From: Longimicrobiales bacterium
GTDB lineage: Bacteria > Gemmatimonadota > Gemmatimonadetes > Longimicrobiales > Gaopeijiaceae
Assembly (NCBI GenBank): GCA_965197725.1
Contig: CBDANQ010000019.1
Span: forward strand, 1 to 20,198
Length of the DNA stretch: 20,198 nt
Direction: 5' to 3'
In this document: piece after piece, positions 16,761 through 20,198 of the stretch
Numbering within the stretch: position 1 is the stretch's first letter
How the letters are laid out: each line of letters begins with the position of its first letter
Notes under the pieces: generated by a model
Told to the model about the DNA's origin: nothing
Seen by the model: the letters and a program-made list of their open reading frames with translations, nothing else
Database searches by the model: none
Translations under genes and position numbers: made by a program

Positions 16761-16987
16761 CTAAACCGCCCTCGCAGCCCCGTTCCTAGTTGCGAGAAGC
16801 CGACCGAGCCTCTGCGCCGCCTCCAACATGCGCTCCTCGGTGACCGTGAGCGCGATACGGAAACAACCTTCTCCTCCGGCGCCGAGCGCCCCTCCGGGCA
16901 TGACGATCACGAGTTTTGTGCGTGCCACCTTCATCTCCGCGAACGGAAGTCCGGGAGCGCCTCGAAGCGTGTGCTGCGTCGCTTCAT
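16761..16987 (-). pseudogene. Class I/II PLP aminotransferase (LL-DAP aminotransferase-like) remnant with a 1-nt frameshift and ~0.9-1 kb internal deletion
   Basis: ATG at 16987 after GGAG gives MKRRSTRFEALPD, then a frame change to PFAEMKVARTKL, joined directly to the family C-terminus VIVMPGGALGAGGEGCFRIALTVTEERMLEAAQRL. Confidence 0.75.
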
Positions 16988-16989
16988 GC

Positions 16990-17610
16990 CTACTCCTCGC
17001 GGACCCGATTCGCGACCTCGCCGACACCCGCGATCTCCACCACGACTTCGTCCCCGTCGGCGAGCGGGCCGATCCCTGATGGCGTGCCCGTCGCGATGAC
17101 ATCTCCAGGCTCGAGCGTCATGAAGCGCGTGATGTGTTCAATCAGGACGGGGATCGGGAAGACCATGTCCTGCGCGGGAGAGTCCTGACGCACGTCACCG
17201 TTGACGCGTGTCGTGACGCGGAGGCCATCCAGGTCCACTTCTGCGAGGGGGGTCACCGAGCCGATGGGGCAGAACGTGTCGAAGCCCTTCGCCCGGCTCC
17301 ACTGCCCGTCCGCGTTCTGGAGGTCGCGCGCGGTGACGTCATTCACGGGCGCGAGTCCGGCGACGTGCTCCCAGGCGGCATCCGTGGCCACGTTCCGCAC
17401 ACGGGCGCCGATCACGACTCCGATCTCTCCCTCGAAGTCCACTCGCCCCGCCCAGGTCGGCATGACGATGTCGTCCCCCGCGCGGATGATCGCGGAGGGT
17501 GGCTTCAGGAAGATCAGTGGCTCATTGGGAACGTCATGGCCGAGCTCAGCTGCGTGCTTCGCATAGTTCTGCCCGACGCAGACGATTTTGGACGGAAACG
17601 GCAGGGACAT
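16990..17610 (-). CDS. Fumarylacetoacetate hydrolase family protein
   Basis: KIVCVGQNYAKH, FLKPPSA, DFEGEIGVVIG, NDVTARD, AKGFDTFCPIG and TLEPGDVIATGTPSG. Confidence 0.95.
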   Translation of the reverse strand: MSLPFPSKIVCVGQNYAKHAAELGHDVPNEPLIFLKPPSAIIRAGDDIVMPTWAGRVDFEGEIGVVIGARVRNVATDAAWEHVAGLAPVNDVTARDLQNADGQWSRAKGFDTFCPIGSVTPLAEVDLDGLRVTTRVNGDVRQDSPAQDMVFPIPVLIEHITRFMTLEPGDVIATGTPSGIGPLADGDEVVVEIAGVGEVANRVREE

Positions 17611-17666
17611 CGAAGTCTCCTTAGAGAGGCGCCGGAATGCCCAGCATGCGAAGAGGCTGCCCGAAC

Positions 17667-20198
17667 CTAGGTCGGACGGCCTCCGGAGTCACCCTCGTAG
17701 AACGCCTCGAGCCGTCGGCGGACGTCACTCCACGCGCCCTTGATGAACGGGGCATCCGGAAGCGAATCCCGCAGGTAGCGTCCGTATCGCTTCGCCACGA
17801 TACGATCGTCCAGAAGGAGCACCGCTCCACGGTCTGCTCGGGATCGGATGAGCCGCCCGAAGCCCTGCTTCAACCGCAGCGCGGCGTGGGGAAGCATGTA
17901 CTGTTGGAAAGGATCCCCACCAGCGCGCTCCACCGCTTCCATGCGGGCCGCCGTAATCGGCTCGGTCGGCACGCGAAACGGCAGTTTCTGAATGATCAGG
18001 CCGCGTAGGGGGTCCCCCGGTACGTCAACACCCTCCCAAAACGACATCGTCCCCAGCAGGATGCCCCGTCCGTGCTCCACGAATCGACGCAAAAGCCGGT
18101 GGCGATCGTCCTCCCCTTGAACGAAGAGCGGCCAACGCTCAGCCGAGACGTGGTCGCGGAGCAGCTCAGCGACCTGGCGCAACGCGGCGTGCGACGTGAA
18201 GAGCACAAAGAGCCCGCCGTCGCTCATTTCCGCGAGTTCGCGAGTCACGTCCGCGGTCGCCACCTGAAACGCCTGCGCGCCGCCCTCCGCGCCCGGCAAG
18301 TCTGTGGGCGCACAAAAAACTGTCTGATTATGGAAATCAAACGGCGACACCAAGATACGCTCTATAATCTCAGGTGGATTATCAGTACGGTTGAGGTGCT
18401 GTTCGTCGAGCCCGAGGCGCGCCCGCAGGAAGTCGAAGCTCTTGCGCGTCGACAGCGTCGCAGAGGTCAGGACCGTGGTCTCGGCCTTCGTGAAGAGCGC
18501 GTCCAGAAGGAGCCCTCCGAGATCGATCGGAGCCGCTGCCATTACGACGTTCGCTCGCTTCCCACGCCCACGGGTTTCCAACAAGCGCACATAAGTGTCT
18601 GCCTCCTCCCCCGGAGCGAGCACGAGGCGCAGTCCGTGCGTCGACGCCGCAAGACGTCGCTCCACCGAACGCAGGTCCAGCACACGCCCCTCCAGCGCCT
18701 CCGAGATCTCTTCATCGAGTTCGATGCGGGCCCGGAGCTCGGCGACCTCCCGCTCGAGCGCGCCCAACGAGGCCAGCGTCCCTGCCAGTCGCTCCCGAAT
18801 GTCGTCGCGCTCCGCGGGCTCCCCGATGCCCGAAGGTCCGAGGCGGACACTGCCTCCGCCCGGAGGGATGAAGCACTCGATGGTTTCGACGAAGCCCTCA
18901 ACCTCGGTGCGTGCGCGAGCCGTCGCGGGGCGAACGCGGTTCTCCGACCTCTCGCGCAGCTCCTGGCTACTACAAGATCCCGACAGCGCCTCGTGAACCG
19001 CGGTGAGAATCCCTTTCCCCCCCCGGTCGAGCCTCGAGAACATGCGGTAGAGGCTGCGGCGCGTGACCTCGACACCCAGATGGGACGTAGCGGCGTCTTC
19101 GATGTTGTGCGCCTCGTCCAATATGACCCGGTTGTACGCGGGAAGGACGGCGGACTGCGTGAAGTTCAGCGTGGCGTTCCGCACCGCGAGGTCGGTGAAC
19201 AGGAGGTGATGGTTCACGACCAGCAGCTCGGCGGACGCGGCGCGGCGGCGTGATCGCTGATAAAAACACTGCTGGAAGTGCGGACACCGGCTGCGCATAC
19301 AGATGTCCGGATCGCTCCGGACCTCCTCCCAGGTCTCGGACTCCGGGGTGAACGGGAGGTCCGAGAGTGATCCGTCGTCCGTGGTGCCGATCCATTCGAG
19401 AAGCGCCCTCATCTCCTCGGAGCGATCGTCGTCGAAGAGCGAGGTCTGCGCTTCAGCGGCGAGCAACGCCCGGCGGATCGACACGTAGTTGCCCCGACCC
19501 TTCACCAGTGCCCACCGCACCTCGCCCGTCAGCGACTGCACGAGCGGAAGATCCTTGCCGGCGAGCTGTTCTTGGAGATTGATCGTATTGGTCGAGAGCA
19601 CGGTCCGCTCTCCGTTCTCCTGCGCCCAGCGTGCGGCCGGCAGCAGGTACGCCAGAGACTTCCCCGTGCCGGTTCCCGCCTCGACGATCGCGACACCACC
19701 CTCGTTGAAGCGGTCGACGACGGTTCGCAACATGTCCCGCTGCCCCGGGCGGTCTTCATATCCGTCAAAGTGCTCGGCGAGGGCCCCCTCCGGCGCGAGC
19801 AACGCGTCCAGCTCCTCTGTTTGCAGCGGCACGCGGACTCGAGGCTGTGGCGGCTCGACAACCACGAACAGCTGCTCCGCACCGTTATCTACGATCGCGG
19901 TACCCAGGCCTTCTTCGTACAGCTGCGCTGCGATCCGCATGTCGGCATCCGAGGGCTCCAGCACGCCCGAAGGGTGGTTGTGCAGCATGACGCCACCCTC
20001 GTCGGCACCGCGGGCAGCCACCAGTACCGCGGCAAAGTTGCCCCGAGCCACGGCGCGAGGCTCGCGTACGACCCGGCCCTCATCCACGCGCGCAAGAAAG
20101 CATACTTCCCGTCCGCCGGCGCACTCGATCTCCGCCCTAAGTCGTACGGAGCTCTCGGCTGACAGCGTGAGCGGCGTGGGTGGCGTCGCGGCCGGCCT
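17667..20198 (-). CDS. JAB/MPN (RadC-like) domain fused to DinG/XPD-family SF2 helicase; 5' end beyond window
   Basis: Frame is open to the window edge (...EIECAGGREVCFLARVDE). JAMM motif HNHPSGVLEPSDAD, Q-motif YEDRPGQ, EAGTGTGKS, LDEAH, TSATL, LFTS, FWEGVDVPG and QGFGRLIR. Confidence 0.9.
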   Translation of the reverse strand, partial: RPAATPPTPLTLSAESSVRLRAEIECAGGREVCFLARVDEGRVVREPRAVARGNFAAVLVAARGADEGGVMLHNHPSGVLEPSDADMRIAAQLYEEGLGTAIVDNGAEQLFVVVEPPQPRVRVPLQTEELDALLAPEGALAEHFDGYEDRPGQRDMLRTVVDRFNEGGVAIVEAGTGTGKSLAYLLPAARWAQENGERTVLSTNTINLQEQLAGKDLPLVQSLTGEVRWALVKGRGNYVSIRRALLAAEAQTSLFDDDRSEEMRALLEWIGTTDDGSLSDLPFTPESETWEEVRSDPDICMRSRCPHFQQCFYQRSRRRAASAELLVVNHHLLFTDLAVRNATLNFTQSAVLPAYNRVILDEAHNIEDAATSHLGVEVTRRSLYRMFSRLDRGGKGILTAVHEALSGSCSSQELRERSENRVRPATARARTEVEGFVETIECFIPPGGGSVRLGPSGIGEPAERDDIRERLAGTLASLGALEREVAELRARIELDEEISEALEGRVLDLRSVERRLAASTHGLRLVLAPGEEADTYVRLLETRGRGKRANVVMAAAPIDLGGLLLDALFTKAETTVLTSATLSTRKSFDFLRARLGLDEQHLNRTDNPPEIIERILVSPFDFHNQTVFCAPTDLPGAEGGAQAFQVATADVTRELAEMSDGGLFVLFTSHAALRQVAELLRDHVSAERWPLFVQGEDDRHRLLRRFVEHGRGILLGTMSFWEGVDVPGDPLRGLIIQKLPFRVPTEPITAARMEAVERAGGDPFQQYMLPHAALRLKQGFGRLIRSRADRGAVLLLDDRIVAKRYGRYLRDSLPDAPFIKGAWSDVRRRLEAFYEGDSGGRPT

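Noticed and set aside
17667..20198. Type IV CRISPR CasDinG or defence-island helicase
   Set aside because: No cas genes or array in the window, and downstream neighbours are housekeeping genes. Upstream context is not visible.

Overview
GC-rich bacterial DNA; the gene content and protein style suggest Gemmatimonadota (inference, not database-confirmed). The right ~15.5 kb is a minus-strand run of mostly housekeeping genes: a JAB/MPN(RadC-like)-DinG helicase fusion running off the right edge, an FAH-family hydrolase, an internally deleted class I/II aminotransferase (DapL-like) pseudogene, a membrane-anchored hypothetical, a frameshifted tandem HD-GYP gene, valS, an Ig-like lipoprotein with 18-bp tandem repeats, selA, gmhB, an A-type Fe-S carrier with an apparently leaderless promoter, an MBL hydrolase, purN and purH. 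The left ~4.6 kb is a mobile-element hotspot around tRNA-Ser(UGA). It holds two ~98% identical IS256-family copies; one is complete with 27-bp IRs and an 8-bp TSD, and both appear to have Asp where the catalytic Glu is expected. It also holds a 2.69-kb integrase-less island that seems to have entered the anticodon loop and rebuilt the tRNA by supplying a new 5' half. The original 5' half is left stranded downstream of purH, and matching arm-type repeats sit inside both island ends. Three separate deletion-type gene lesions suggest ongoing gene decay or assembly artefacts.
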